Below the pieces are notes generated by a model. That model was not told where the DNA came from. It ran no database searches and worked only from the letters and a program-made list of their open reading frames with translations. A stretch of DNA of 24,908 bases. It comes from Promethearchaeota archaeon (GTDB lineage: Archaea; Asgardarchaeota; Lokiarchaeia; Sigyniarchaeales; SOKP01). Numbering within the stretch: position 1 is the first letter of the stretch; each line of letters starts with the position of its first letter. This document shows positions 1-8,627 of the stretch, in pieces. The DNA is taken from positions 1 to 24,908 of the forward strand of contig JABCSY010000057.1 of assembly GCA_018238625.1 (NCBI GenBank). The letters are read 5' to 3'. Position numbers and translations under genes: made by a program.

Positions 1-341
1 ATTGCGTTTCCATATCCTCTATTTTCTTTATGATGAATTATTTTAAAGTTTTTATGATTTGTTACCTTTCTAATTTCGTTTAAGCTATTATCAGACGAAT
101 TATCGTCAATGATGATGATTTCAACCAAATTATTAGAAGGTAAATTTTCCAATATTGACCGAATTGTGTTTTCTTCGTTATATAAAGGCAGAATGATCGA
201 AATTAGAGCCGTTTCGTTATTATTTTCAAATTTTCTCAAATAGTTGTATAACTCTTGATAATCTGAAACACGAGTGTTGGTTTTAACACTATTGATATTT
301 AAAGAAGCTTTACATGCGGTTATATTATTAAATAGCTTCAA
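1..341 (-). CDS. GT2 family glycosyltransferase, N-terminal part (runs off the window edge); paralog of 510..1424
   Basis: Not in the ORF track. Manual translation gives ...DYQELYNYLRKFENNNETALISIILPLYNEENTIRSILENLPSNNLVEIIIIDDNSSDNSLNEI...HHKENRGYGNA, with the GT2 motifs PxYNEE, IIDDxSxD and NxGYG. Likely TTG start at 341-339 after an AAGGT SD-like motif; start uncertain. Confidence 0.85.
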   Translation of the reverse strand, partial: MKLFNNITACKASLNINSVKTNTRVSDYQELYNYLRKFENNNETALISIILPLYNEENTIRSILENLPSNNLVEIIIIDDNSSDNSLNEIRKVTNHKNFKIIHHKENRGYGNA

Positions 342-509
342 ATTAAAACCTTTTAGACGTGTAATTTAAAAGATAATAGAAAATTCAATACAAATAAGTT
401 ATATAAGTATGGGTATAATACAATTTAAATTTAATTGTATAATTTGTGCTTAAGAAACTCGTTCATTTGCTTATTCCGATAAAATTTAAGACAAATTTGG
501 CAAAAATCT

Positions 510-1424
510 TTATTTCATTGGAACTAAAGGCGAGATTCGCTCGATAAAAAATACAGGGTTAGCAGTTTTTATATCATTAGTATATTTAAGATGCGCGTAG
601 ATTCTACTTTTTTTTACGGACTTTTCGTAAATTTGTATCTGACCAGTACTTAATCTTTTAAATATCGTTATTTTTAATCTAATGAGGTAATACTGAAGTA
701 TACATGAAAAAAGGTTTGCGGCTAATTTAGTTAAAATGATGTTCGAAGCACCAAATTTACGATCGTACACTTTAATGGGGCATTCTTTAATTCTAAATCC
801 TTTTAGTGTAGCTTTAATTATCTGTTCGGTGCAAAAAGCGTATCCTTCGTATTTAACTTCGTCAAAAATAGGAATTATTTTTCGATTGAAAGCTCTAAAG
901 CCATTTTGATTATTCATAATCCTTTTTCCAAAGAAGATTAGAATTAATTTTTCGATAAGAACTTCACCTAATCTTGTCGAAACGGGTAATTTATAGAAAT
1001 AAGACCCTAAATATCTCGAGCCAATTGTATAATCGGCTTCGTTATCAAATACGGGTTTAACCATCGTCAAGATGTCGTATGGACTGTGCTGCCCATCAGA
1101 ATCCATTGTAACGATTACTCTGCCACGAGCGCGTTTTATTCCTGAAAGGATCGAAGCGCCATATCCTTTGTTTATTTTGTGATGTATTACTTCAATTTCA
1201 TTGTTTTCGTTTACCATTTCGATTTCTTGTAAACTGTTGTCTGTGGAATGATCATCAACAACGATTATTTGAATTGAATTTTCTCTAGGTAAATTTCCTA
1301 AAACTTTCCCGATTGTATGTTCTTCGTTATACATTGGTAATACGATTGTTAAAAGAACTTCATTATTATTGGTTTTGAAATTACTAATGTAATCGTACAA
1401 CTCAAGAAAGGGGTCGTCGCTCAT
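510..1424 (-). CDS. GT2 glycosyltransferase, DPM1/polyprenol-phosphate glycosyltransferase-like
   Basis: PMYNEE, VVDDHSTD, NKGYG, MDSDGQH (DxD), GSRY and GFRAF motifs. Confidence 0.92.
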   Translation of the reverse strand: MSDDPFLELYDYISNFKTNNNEVLLTIVLPMYNEEHTIGKVLGNLPRENSIQIIVVDDHSTDNSLQEIEMVNENNEIEVIHHKINKGYGASILSGIKRARGRVIVTMDSDGQHSPYDILTMVKPVFDNEADYTIGSRYLGSYFYKLPVSTRLGEVLIEKLILIFFGKRIMNNQNGFRAFNRKIIPIFDEVKYEGYAFCTEQIIKATLKGFRIKECPIKVYDRKFGASNIILTKLAANLFSCILQYYLIRLKITIFKRLSTGQIQIYEKSVKKSRIYAHLKYTNDIKTANPVFFIERISPLVPMK

Positions 1425-1607
1425 ATCTGTTTGTTTTACTCCTTCTAATAAGGTTAACGCGTTTTGTTTAGAATATAAAGCTTTTAATTAAAAACTCCTT
1501 ATAATTCCTTCTATAAATTTAATTTTTTATTGAGTATTTACTACCTTTCTATAATAACACTCTGAAATATAAATTTATTACTTTAGAAATAAAATTAACG
1601 TAATTTT

Positions 1608-2579
1608 TTATAGATTATTGAAATAATTTTTTTGCCATTCGTATTGATTCCTCAACCCGACATCAATAATAACCTCGGGGGTAAAATCTAGGATTTTCTT
1701 GGCTTTTGATATGTCTGAATGGGTAATATTAACGTCTCCTTTTTGTTTTTCTATATATCTTATTTTTTTTTCTGCTTTTACAAGATTATACATTTTATCA
1801 ACTAATTGGTTGACAGTTACTGGGTTGGAACCTCCTAAGTTGAATACTTCTCCAATTGCGCCGTTTTTCTCGCTAGCTAAAATTAACCCGTTTACGATGT
1901 CTGAAACGTAGGTAAAATCTCGTTGTTGAGTTCCATCACCATATAGTAATATCTCTTTGTTTTGGAACATAAGATTAAAAAATTTCTTTATTGCCATGTC
2001 AGGACGACCCCGAGGTCCGTAAACGGTATAAAATCTCAATGATGTAGTAGGGAGATTATTTTCCTTATAGTATAAATTAGCGTAAATCTCCCCGCATAAT
2101 TTTGAAACTGCATATGGAGATATGGGATTTTTAGGGTGATTTTCATCTACGGGAGTGTATATAGGGTTGCCGTAAACTGAAGAGGAAGAAGCGTTTATGA
2201 CTCTTTTAATTGAAGAGTTTTTTAAAGCGTATTCGAAAACATTTACCGTGCTAACGAGGTTGTTATATGTTACTTCAGACGCGTGATCAATCGAATATCT
2301 TACCCCTGCTTGAGCGGCTAAGTGGAAAATATAATCAGGTTCGTGTTCAACTTGTTTGAGGGTTGACTCGTCAACAAGGTTTCCCTTGATTAATACGTAA
2401 TCGATATTTTGCTTGTAATTACTTATTATAGCGTTTAGTTGCTTCTCCTTTCCCGCGTAATAATCGTTAAAGTTATCGATCAAAATAAGAAAATTATCGC
2501 CTTTCAATAAAGTCTCGGTCAAATGCGAACCAATAAAACCAGCTGCACCAGTTATCATGACATTTTTATTTTTAATCAT
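1608..2579 (-). CDS. NAD-dependent nucleotide-sugar epimerase/dehydratase (extended SDR, UDP-glucuronate/UDP-glucose 4-epimerase-like)
   Basis: TGAAGFIG Rossmann motif, HLAAQAGVRYS, SSSSVYG, catalytic YAVSK (YxxxK), RFYTVYGPRGRPDMA, RDFTYV. Confidence 0.95.
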   Translation of the reverse strand: MIKNKNVMITGAAGFIGSHLTETLLKGDNFLILIDNFNDYYAGKEKQLNAIISNYKQNIDYVLIKGNLVDESTLKQVEHEPDYIFHLAAQAGVRYSIDHASEVTYNNLVSTVNVFEYALKNSSIKRVINASSSSVYGNPIYTPVDENHPKNPISPYAVSKLCGEIYANLYYKENNLPTTSLRFYTVYGPRGRPDMAIKKFFNLMFQNKEILLYGDGTQQRDFTYVSDIVNGLILASEKNGAIGEVFNLGGSNPVTVNQLVDKMYNLVKAEKKIRYIEKQKGDVNITHSDISKAKKILDFTPEVIIDVGLRNQYEWQKNYFNNL

Positions 2580-2662
2580 ACTATAATGAAAAAAAAATAC
2601 TAATAAGAATTTTTCTTATTTGTAAATACAGAGTAAAAATTTAAAATAACGCTTAATTATCG

Positions 2663-4966
2663 TTGAATAGTACGATTATTATGTATAATATTAAAATTAA
2701 GTTCATTAAATCAATTTTTCACGTGCGTATTCACATTCATTTCTATTTATTTCTCGTGTCTTTAATCTCTATTACATTACAGAGTTTAAAGTTGATGAAT
2801 CTGGATGCTATTTTAGGTTCAGAAGTTAATTTGCCTTTAAATATGTTTTTACGATTTCTATGGATAGGGTCCTCGATATTTGTTATGTTATTTTTGCCTT
2901 CTTATCCCTTCTTTTTTAAGATTTATAAAAGCGTAAGATTCAACGTTCTAGAAAAGTTTTGTTTGACATCAGTGTTTAATTTGAGTTTCTACGCAATTTT
3001 AGGCTACATTGGTAATAGTTTAGGTTTTGCTTTAAATGCGTTTTATTTTTTTTCGTTTCTAGTCGTGTTCTATTTTTCTCTAATTATTATAATTTTAATA
3101 TTAAAATTTAAGCGCAAAGAAAAAGTTTGGTTTAAAACTACAACGAATACCGAAGAATTCTTGATAAAATACGATAAATTTTCGTTTTACGATTATATTA
3201 AGAAGAAGATCTCTTGGAACGGAATATTATTAATAATTTTTATGATTTTATTTATAATTCTATTCTATTTGAATGTAGATATTTTCGTTGGAACTGATGC
3301 GTGGTACCATGTTTTACTTATTAAAATCATAACAAATGCTAATTCTTTGCCTTTAAACGAGTATTTTGGCGCTATGGGGTTCCATATTATTGGAGCAGTA
3401 TTTTATTATTTTTCTGCCATAGATATAATTGTGATCCCAAATGTCTTCCTATTTATAACTCTTCCAATAACATCGCTAATTCTATATAATATCACGATGA
3501 GGATATTTTCAAACAAATCGTTAGCAATATTTGGCATATATCTTTTATTAATTACTACATTAGGGTTTAAAAGTTTGACATTAGCTTTTTGGCCATCTAG
3601 CATTGTTTTTATTCAAGGATTGACAATTTTTTTTCTGCTATACGTTAGATTAAGAAATTTCGTTAAGGAAGAAAAGCCCAATTGGAGGGCAATTCGAGCG
3701 AATATGGCGTTTAACTATCTATTTATAACGTTTGTTTTCATCGCGTTATACCTTTCTCATTCTCTTATTGCGTTAGTTTTTCTGTTCTCCTTTATATGGG
3801 TGCTTTTGATTTATTTAATTAAGTCTGCAATCAGAGGTTTCGATTTTGTCTTGATGGTGATCCTATTTTGCATTTTCTTAGTTTTCTACACGTTTAACGT
3901 TAGCTCGGGCCATCTGGTGGCATTTACATATATTTTTACTTTGCCGTGGACTTATCTGTTATTTGGTGCAATTTTTATTGCGATAATTGGAGGCGCTATA
4001 GTTTTATGGTTACGAACTCAAATTACTTTTAAAGAAGGGAGGTTTAATTTGATTTTAATGGGCAAGAAATTTAGGTTTTATACGGTAATTGAGAAAATAG
4101 TTATACCTCTTGTCGTTACTTTAACCGTTCTATTTAGTACTGGCTATTTCGTTGCAAATCTATTGTTGTTTAATTTAAATATAATCAGTGTCTTTGTTGG
4201 TTTTGAAATTATAATAGTTGTAATTTTTGCGATGTGGGGGTTAGTTGTATTTCAAAATAAGCCAAAAGGAAAACCTTTATATTTATGGTTAATATATTTC
4301 TTATTTTTAGTGTTAGGTGGCTTTATTTTTGATATAATGCGAGGGAATCTTAGTTTTTTCTCGAGATTGTTTTATCTTGCCTCTCCAATTATGGCGATTG
4401 GGTTTATCTCGTATATATACAAATTGATTAAAATTGGCAAAATTAATTTAATCCATGTAAAATCATTTTTAATTATTTTTATATGTTTTTCTTCGACAGC
4501 ATCGCTTTTAGAATTTTACACATCGTTAGATTTTTATAGCGTTAATGACAACGAATTAAGTGCTGTGAGTTGGTATCTTCAAAACTCAGATGACAAAAAC
4601 GTGTTAGTTTTGGAATTTGGATGGAGCCCTGTATTTGCTTATTACGATTATCCCTATAACGAAAAAAATAGTTCACTACCTCTAACAACAACGCAATATT
4701 ATGTTACATTCAATGGTTCAATAATTAATCCAGACAATCACATCGATGAAAGTGGTAAAAATGTTTTAAAGGAATTAAAAAAGAATTACAACGCGGATAT
4801 ATTCATATTATTGTCAAAATACTACCTTACAACAACAGAAATGGGATTTATTGGAGAACTGACTGAAGAACAAGTTGAAAGGTATTATTCTTTAACTTAT
4901 TTGAATAGAATTTTCTCAGTTAAAAGCGAAAACGGAGATAGTATACCGTATTATTGGGTTATTTAA
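2663..4966 (+). CDS. Polytopic membrane protein, probable GT-C-fold glycosyltransferase
   Basis: Many hydrophobic TM segments, a GTDAWYH motif in an early loop (resembles the GT-C/STT3 DxWYH motif), a soluble C-terminal domain, and location next to GT2/epimerase genes. Start may be ATG at 2681. Confidence 0.6.
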   Translation: MNSTIIMYNIKIKFIKSIFHVRIHIHFYLFLVSLISITLQSLKLMNLDAILGSEVNLPLNMFLRFLWIGSSIFVMLFLPSYPFFFKIYKSVRFNVLEKFCLTSVFNLSFYAILGYIGNSLGFALNAFYFFSFLVVFYFSLIIIILILKFKRKEKVWFKTTTNTEEFLIKYDKFSFYDYIKKKISWNGILLIIFMILFIILFYLNVDIFVGTDAWYHVLLIKIITNANSLPLNEYFGAMGFHIIGAVFYYFSAIDIIVIPNVFLFITLPITSLILYNITMRIFSNKSLAIFGIYLLLITTLGFKSLTLAFWPSSIVFIQGLTIFFLLYVRLRNFVKEEKPNWRAIRANMAFNYLFITFVFIALYLSHSLIALVFLFSFIWVLLIYLIKSAIRGFDFVLMVILFCIFLVFYTFNVSSGHLVAFTYIFTLPWTYLLFGAIFIAIIGGAIVLWLRTQITFKEGRFNLILMGKKFRFYTVIEKIVIPLVVTLTVLFSTGYFVANLLLFNLNIISVFVGFEIIIVVIFAMWGLVVFQNKPKGKPLYLWLIYFLFLVLGGFIFDIMRGNLSFFSRLFYLASPIMAIGFISYIYKLIKIGKINLIHVKSFLIIFICFSSTASLLEFYTSLDFYSVNDNELSAVSWYLQNSDDKNVLVLEFGWSPVFAYYDYPYNEKNSSLPLTTTQYYVTFNGSIINPDNHIDESGKNVLKELKKNYNADIFILLSKYYLTTTEMGFIGELTEEQVERYYSLTYLNRIFSVKSENGDSIPYYWVI

Positions 4967-5747
4967 AGACTTCATATTTTCCGGGAAATAATCCTTCAAA
5001 TTTATTTTTTAAAACAATATTTTTATCGCCCTCAATTTTAAAGATCTTTGGTAGTTTTCCAACTTGACCAATTTTATTATCTCGGGATATAAAAGCACCA
5101 AAAACGCCTTCAATATCTTCGACGGCGTCTAAAGCGTTTTTTATAGATTTTTCAACGTCCGCTCCTTTGACTAAATTAGCAATTCTAGTTGCAGCTCCAT
5201 CTGCCAGCGTTGCATTTCTACCAAATATTGTCACTGCGTCTGCTTGTCCGAGGCTTATAGCATGACCTATTGTAGCGGAACTTGTTCCTATGCCGATAGG
5301 ACAATTCCTTTTTTCGATCAAGAAGCCAATGTTCAAATTTAATTCGTTGTATCCCGCAAATAGCGCGATTTTCATCTCTTTTTCGGAGTCTACGGCTATT
5401 TCGCCACCGTTTTCAACTAAAGCAATTTTTGCAGGGAGAATATTTTGGTCGTCTTCCTCTTTCATTAGGTCCATCATTATGTCAGCAAATGCCCCTGCTA
5501 CCGTTGCCATTGGACCAACCTCACATAAAATAGATGCTTCGCTCATCAAATTAACGATTTCAAATTCAGATTTAATCCTAATTGGCGAAAAAGACTTAAG
5601 AAATTTGTTATTATGTGTAATGAACTTTTCAAAAATTTTGCGATGGCGAAAAAACCCTTCTTGAGCTTTTAAAATTGCTCTTTTCGATTCTGAGATTATT
5701 GTAATGTCTGATTCTTTTTCTATAAAATGATATTTATATATTTTCAA
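4959..5747 (-). CDS. UPF0280 / ApbE-superfamily protein
   Basis: VGPMATVAGA, VENGGEIA, GTSSATIGHAISLGQADAVTI and ADGAATRIAN motifs typical of UPF0280. Confidence 0.9.
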   Translation of the reverse strand: MKIYKYHFIEKESDITIISESKRAILKAQEGFFRHRKIFEKFITHNNKFLKSFSPIRIKSEFEIVNLMSEASILCEVGPMATVAGAFADIMMDLMKEEDDQNILPAKIALVENGGEIAVDSEKEMKIALFAGYNELNLNIGFLIEKRNCPIGIGTSSATIGHAISLGQADAVTIFGRNATLADGAATRIANLVKGADVEKSIKNALDAVEDIEGVFGAFISRDNKIGQVGKLPKIFKIEGDKNIVLKNKFEGLFPGKYEVFK

Positions 5748-5836
5748 TTTTAGTATTAAATTTAAGATTTTAATTTAATTAAATATAAATAAATTAGATT
5801 TTATTAATTATTCAAAAAATTTAAAAATTCAACATA

Positions 5837-6328
5837 ATGAGCCAAATTAATTACGACAAAATTATCTCACAATTGAAAACGGAGTTAAATTCTGAATGTG
5901 CAATAGCAAGCAGATATGGAATTATATTAGGATCGACTATAAAAGGATTTGCTAAAGGAAAAGTTATCCCTCATAAAATCCTTTCGGTTATCGCTAATTC
6001 GAAAGACATAGCTGACGAATTGAATTTAGCTAAAATAAATTCCTTTGCGTTAGAGGCTCAAGAGTATAACTACCTTTTTACATTCACGACCGAATTAATT
6101 TTGATATCAAAGTTAAGCTTAGATATGAATTTGGCAAAGTACATGCCCAGTATTAGCGTGTTTTTGAAGAAATTGAGCGAGAGTTTTACGGCTCAAGAAA
6201 TAAGCGATTTTTCAGTTTTTGATTTTTCTAAAGAAATTCAAAAAATTGAAGAAACTTTTAAGAAAAAGAAAGGAAAAGATAAGAAATATTCAATAATTAA
6301 AGATCTTGTGAAATATGTAGCGAAATAA
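5837..6328 (+). CDS. Roadblock/LC7-like small protein
   Basis: Helix followed by CAIASRYGIILGSTI (roadblock-like beta hairpin), small size, directly upstream of a small-GTPase gene. Confidence 0.6.
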   Translation: MSQINYDKIISQLKTELNSECAIASRYGIILGSTIKGFAKGKVIPHKILSVIANSKDIADELNLAKINSFALEAQEYNYLFTFTTELILISKLSLDMNLAKYMPSISVFLKKLSESFTAQEISDFSVFDFSKEIQKIEETFKKKKGKDKKYSIIKDLVKYVAK

Positions 6329-6367
6329 AGAAGTTTTTATGTATAAATAATTAATTTAGTATGTATT

Positions 6368-6373
6368 AGGTGA
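6368..6373 (+). promoter_or_regulatory. Shine-Dalgarno-like motif AGGTGA
   Basis: Archaeal SD consensus (GGTGA) 3-6 nt before in-frame ATT/ATC codons of the GTPase gene. Confidence 0.55.
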
Positions 6374-6376
6374 AAT

Positions 6377-8494
6377 ATTATCTTAAGAGCAGTTTATATT
6401 TATAATCAGGGTAAATTGTTATATCATCGGCATTTTGGAAAAGCCCTTAAGGATGACGTTTTCAATTCTTTAGTAGTAGATCTAATGAAGGAAGCTTTCG
6501 CTAAAAGAGGTAAAAGCGTAGAATATCACGATTACTACAAATACCGAATATCCTACATTACAAAAAAAGATTCGGAATTAATGTTTTTATTCGTTACAGG
6601 TTTAACTGATAATTTCGAGAATATCAAAAAAGAACTAATTAAATGCAAAAAAGAATTTTTAAACCTGTTTGAAGACCTACTAGATCATAAAATTGACGAT
6701 AAAACATTTGAAATATTCGATCCAACTATAGATGCGGTTCATAGAAATTTAAGACCAAAAATATCGCTCATAGGATTTTCTGGCGTTGGAAAAACTACGA
6801 TAACGCGACTAATTAAAGCAGAGGAAATCCCCATGCAACACATCCCAACTATTACTGGAGACATAGCTACAATTAAAATCGGGAAATTACATTTTCATTT
6901 GTGGGATTTTGCTGGACAAGAGCAATTTAGTTATTTGTGGAACAATTTTATTAAGGGAAGCGATGCTGTTTTATTAATCACCGATTCTAGTTTAGAGAAC
7001 GTAGAAAAAAGCAAGTTTTTCTTGGAACTAATAAAAGAACAAGCTCCTCAAGCACATACGTCTGTTATTGGCAATAAACAAGACCTAGACAATGCAATGA
7101 AACCAGAACAAATTGAAAAAATAATAGGATTAAAAACATATTCTATGATTGCTAAAGATAGCAACAATCGGGATAAAATGATAACTATTATTGCTGATGT
7201 ATTAGAAATGAGCGCTGAGGTTTCGCCTCTATTAAAACCATTACTGGAAAGAGATACATTTATGGAAGAAGCGGCAAAAGCATTGGAAAACGCAGAGTTT
7301 GGTAAAGCTGCTACATTTTTCGATAAAATTAGCTATTTATGTATAGAGCTAGGAGATGATTCTTTAGGCAAAGAATTTTATGAAAAATCTCAAAAAATTA
7401 AAAGTATGCTCCAAAAACTTAGCGCTCCTCAACCGGTACCTCAAGAAAAACCTAAAATCGCTGAATCGTCAGCACCATCAGAAGAGCCTACTAAACCCGT
7501 AGAGGAAATTAAAGTAAACAAGCCAATTATTCCTGAACCCAAAAAACTTGAAGAACAAGAAAAACCAAAGGTACCAATAGCTGTTCCCCCTCCTCCTCCT
7601 CCTCCTCCACCACCTCTTGGACCTTCTAAAATACCAGAAGCATCAAAAAACGAAATGGGTCTTAAAAAACCGTCTATACCGCCAGCGCCGAGAACAATAA
7701 AAAAGCCAAAGTTCATTGAAAAAACTGTTGTTCCTCCACATCCCGAAAAGTCAGCACCACCAAAAATTCCAAAAACTAAAGAACCAGAACCCGAAAAAGC
7801 GGGTTTTAAAAAAATCGAAGAAGAAAAAGAAACATCCGAACCTGAAGCGTTGATCAAGCCTAATATTCCACAAGAAAAAGTGGAATTAGCCTTAAACCCA
7901 GAAGACTTTATGGTAAAACCACGCCCGAAAACGGTAACAATTGTTCCTAAAGACGCTAAAAACAAATTAAGAACTTCGCCTTTTGCCCAAGTTACTAACC
8001 CAACGAAATCTAATATACCCGTTCCAGTTTCGCCAACAAAATTAATAAAAGCTAAACCACCTGGTAGTTTTACTCCAACTAAAAAAATTAATGCGCCTTC
8101 AAAAGATTTTGGTGTCCCGAAAGAGACTACGCACCCGCCTACTCCAGTTAGTCCAACAGAACTTATAAAACCTAAAGCTAAAGTTGCTGCAGTAACACCT
8201 TCAAAAACACTAAACATCGAGACCTCTACAACGACGCAAAAAACAGCGGAACCTACAGTTCAAGCTACTTCTACCGCGATTTCTATAGAACAAAAGGCCA
8301 ATTTAGAAAAATCTTTGATGGACTTAAAAATTAAAAAAGCTAATATTTCTAAGATGTCGTTGGACTTCGACATGAAAGAACTGACGGGAGAGATTACAAG
8401 CGAAGAACTTGAAGAGAAAAAGAGTAAAATGGAAGCGATCAAAGCAGACCTCAACCAACAAATTAAAGAATTGGAACAACTTTTAAAGGAATAA
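6377..8494 (+). CDS. Longin-like domain + Arf-like small GTPase + helical region + proline-rich linker + C-terminal coiled coil
   Basis: G1 GFSGVGKTT, G2 IPTI, G3 WDFAGQEQFSYLW (Arf-like), G4 NKQD. N-terminus (I)LRAVYIYNQGKLLYHRHF is longin beta1-beta2-like; the frame is open from 6374, upstream of the tracked TTG at 6416. Contains a P10 tract. Start coordinate uncertain. Confidence 0.85.
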   Translation: MILRAVYIYNQGKLLYHRHFGKALKDDVFNSLVVDLMKEAFAKRGKSVEYHDYYKYRISYITKKDSELMFLFVTGLTDNFENIKKELIKCKKEFLNLFEDLLDHKIDDKTFEIFDPTIDAVHRNLRPKISLIGFSGVGKTTITRLIKAEEIPMQHIPTITGDIATIKIGKLHFHLWDFAGQEQFSYLWNNFIKGSDAVLLITDSSLENVEKSKFFLELIKEQAPQAHTSVIGNKQDLDNAMKPEQIEKIIGLKTYSMIAKDSNNRDKMITIIADVLEMSAEVSPLLKPLLERDTFMEEAAKALENAEFGKAATFFDKISYLCIELGDDSLGKEFYEKSQKIKSMLQKLSAPQPVPQEKPKIAESSAPSEEPTKPVEEIKVNKPIIPEPKKLEEQEKPKVPIAVPPPPPPPPPPLGPSKIPEASKNEMGLKKPSIPPAPRTIKKPKFIEKTVVPPHPEKSAPPKIPKTKEPEPEKAGFKKIEEEKETSEPEALIKPNIPQEKVELALNPEDFMVKPRPKTVTIVPKDAKNKLRTSPFAQVTNPTKSNIPVPVSPTKLIKAKPPGSFTPTKKINAPSKDFGVPKETTHPPTPVSPTELIKPKAKVAAVTPSKTLNIETSTTTQKTAEPTVQATSTAISIEQKANLEKSLMDLKIKKANISKMSLDFDMKELTGEITSEELEEKKSKMEAIKADLNQQIKELEQLLKE
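7586..7615 (+). repeat. (CCN)10 triplet repeat encoding 10 prolines
   Basis: ccc (cct)6 cca cca cct, in frame. Confidence 0.95.
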
Positions 8495-8627
8495 AACAAC
8501 CTTACAGCTTTTTCTATTTGAATTTGTTGAGAAATTCAAAAAATAACATTTTCTCAAAAAATTTTTTATTCATATTTACTTAAACGATTTAAGGTTATTC
8601 AAGAAAAACATTTTAAAGGTTAAAGAA

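Noticed and set aside
7441-8217. 258-aa antisense ORF with poly-Gly
   Set aside because: Mirror of the Pro-rich sense coding region; no independent protein features.
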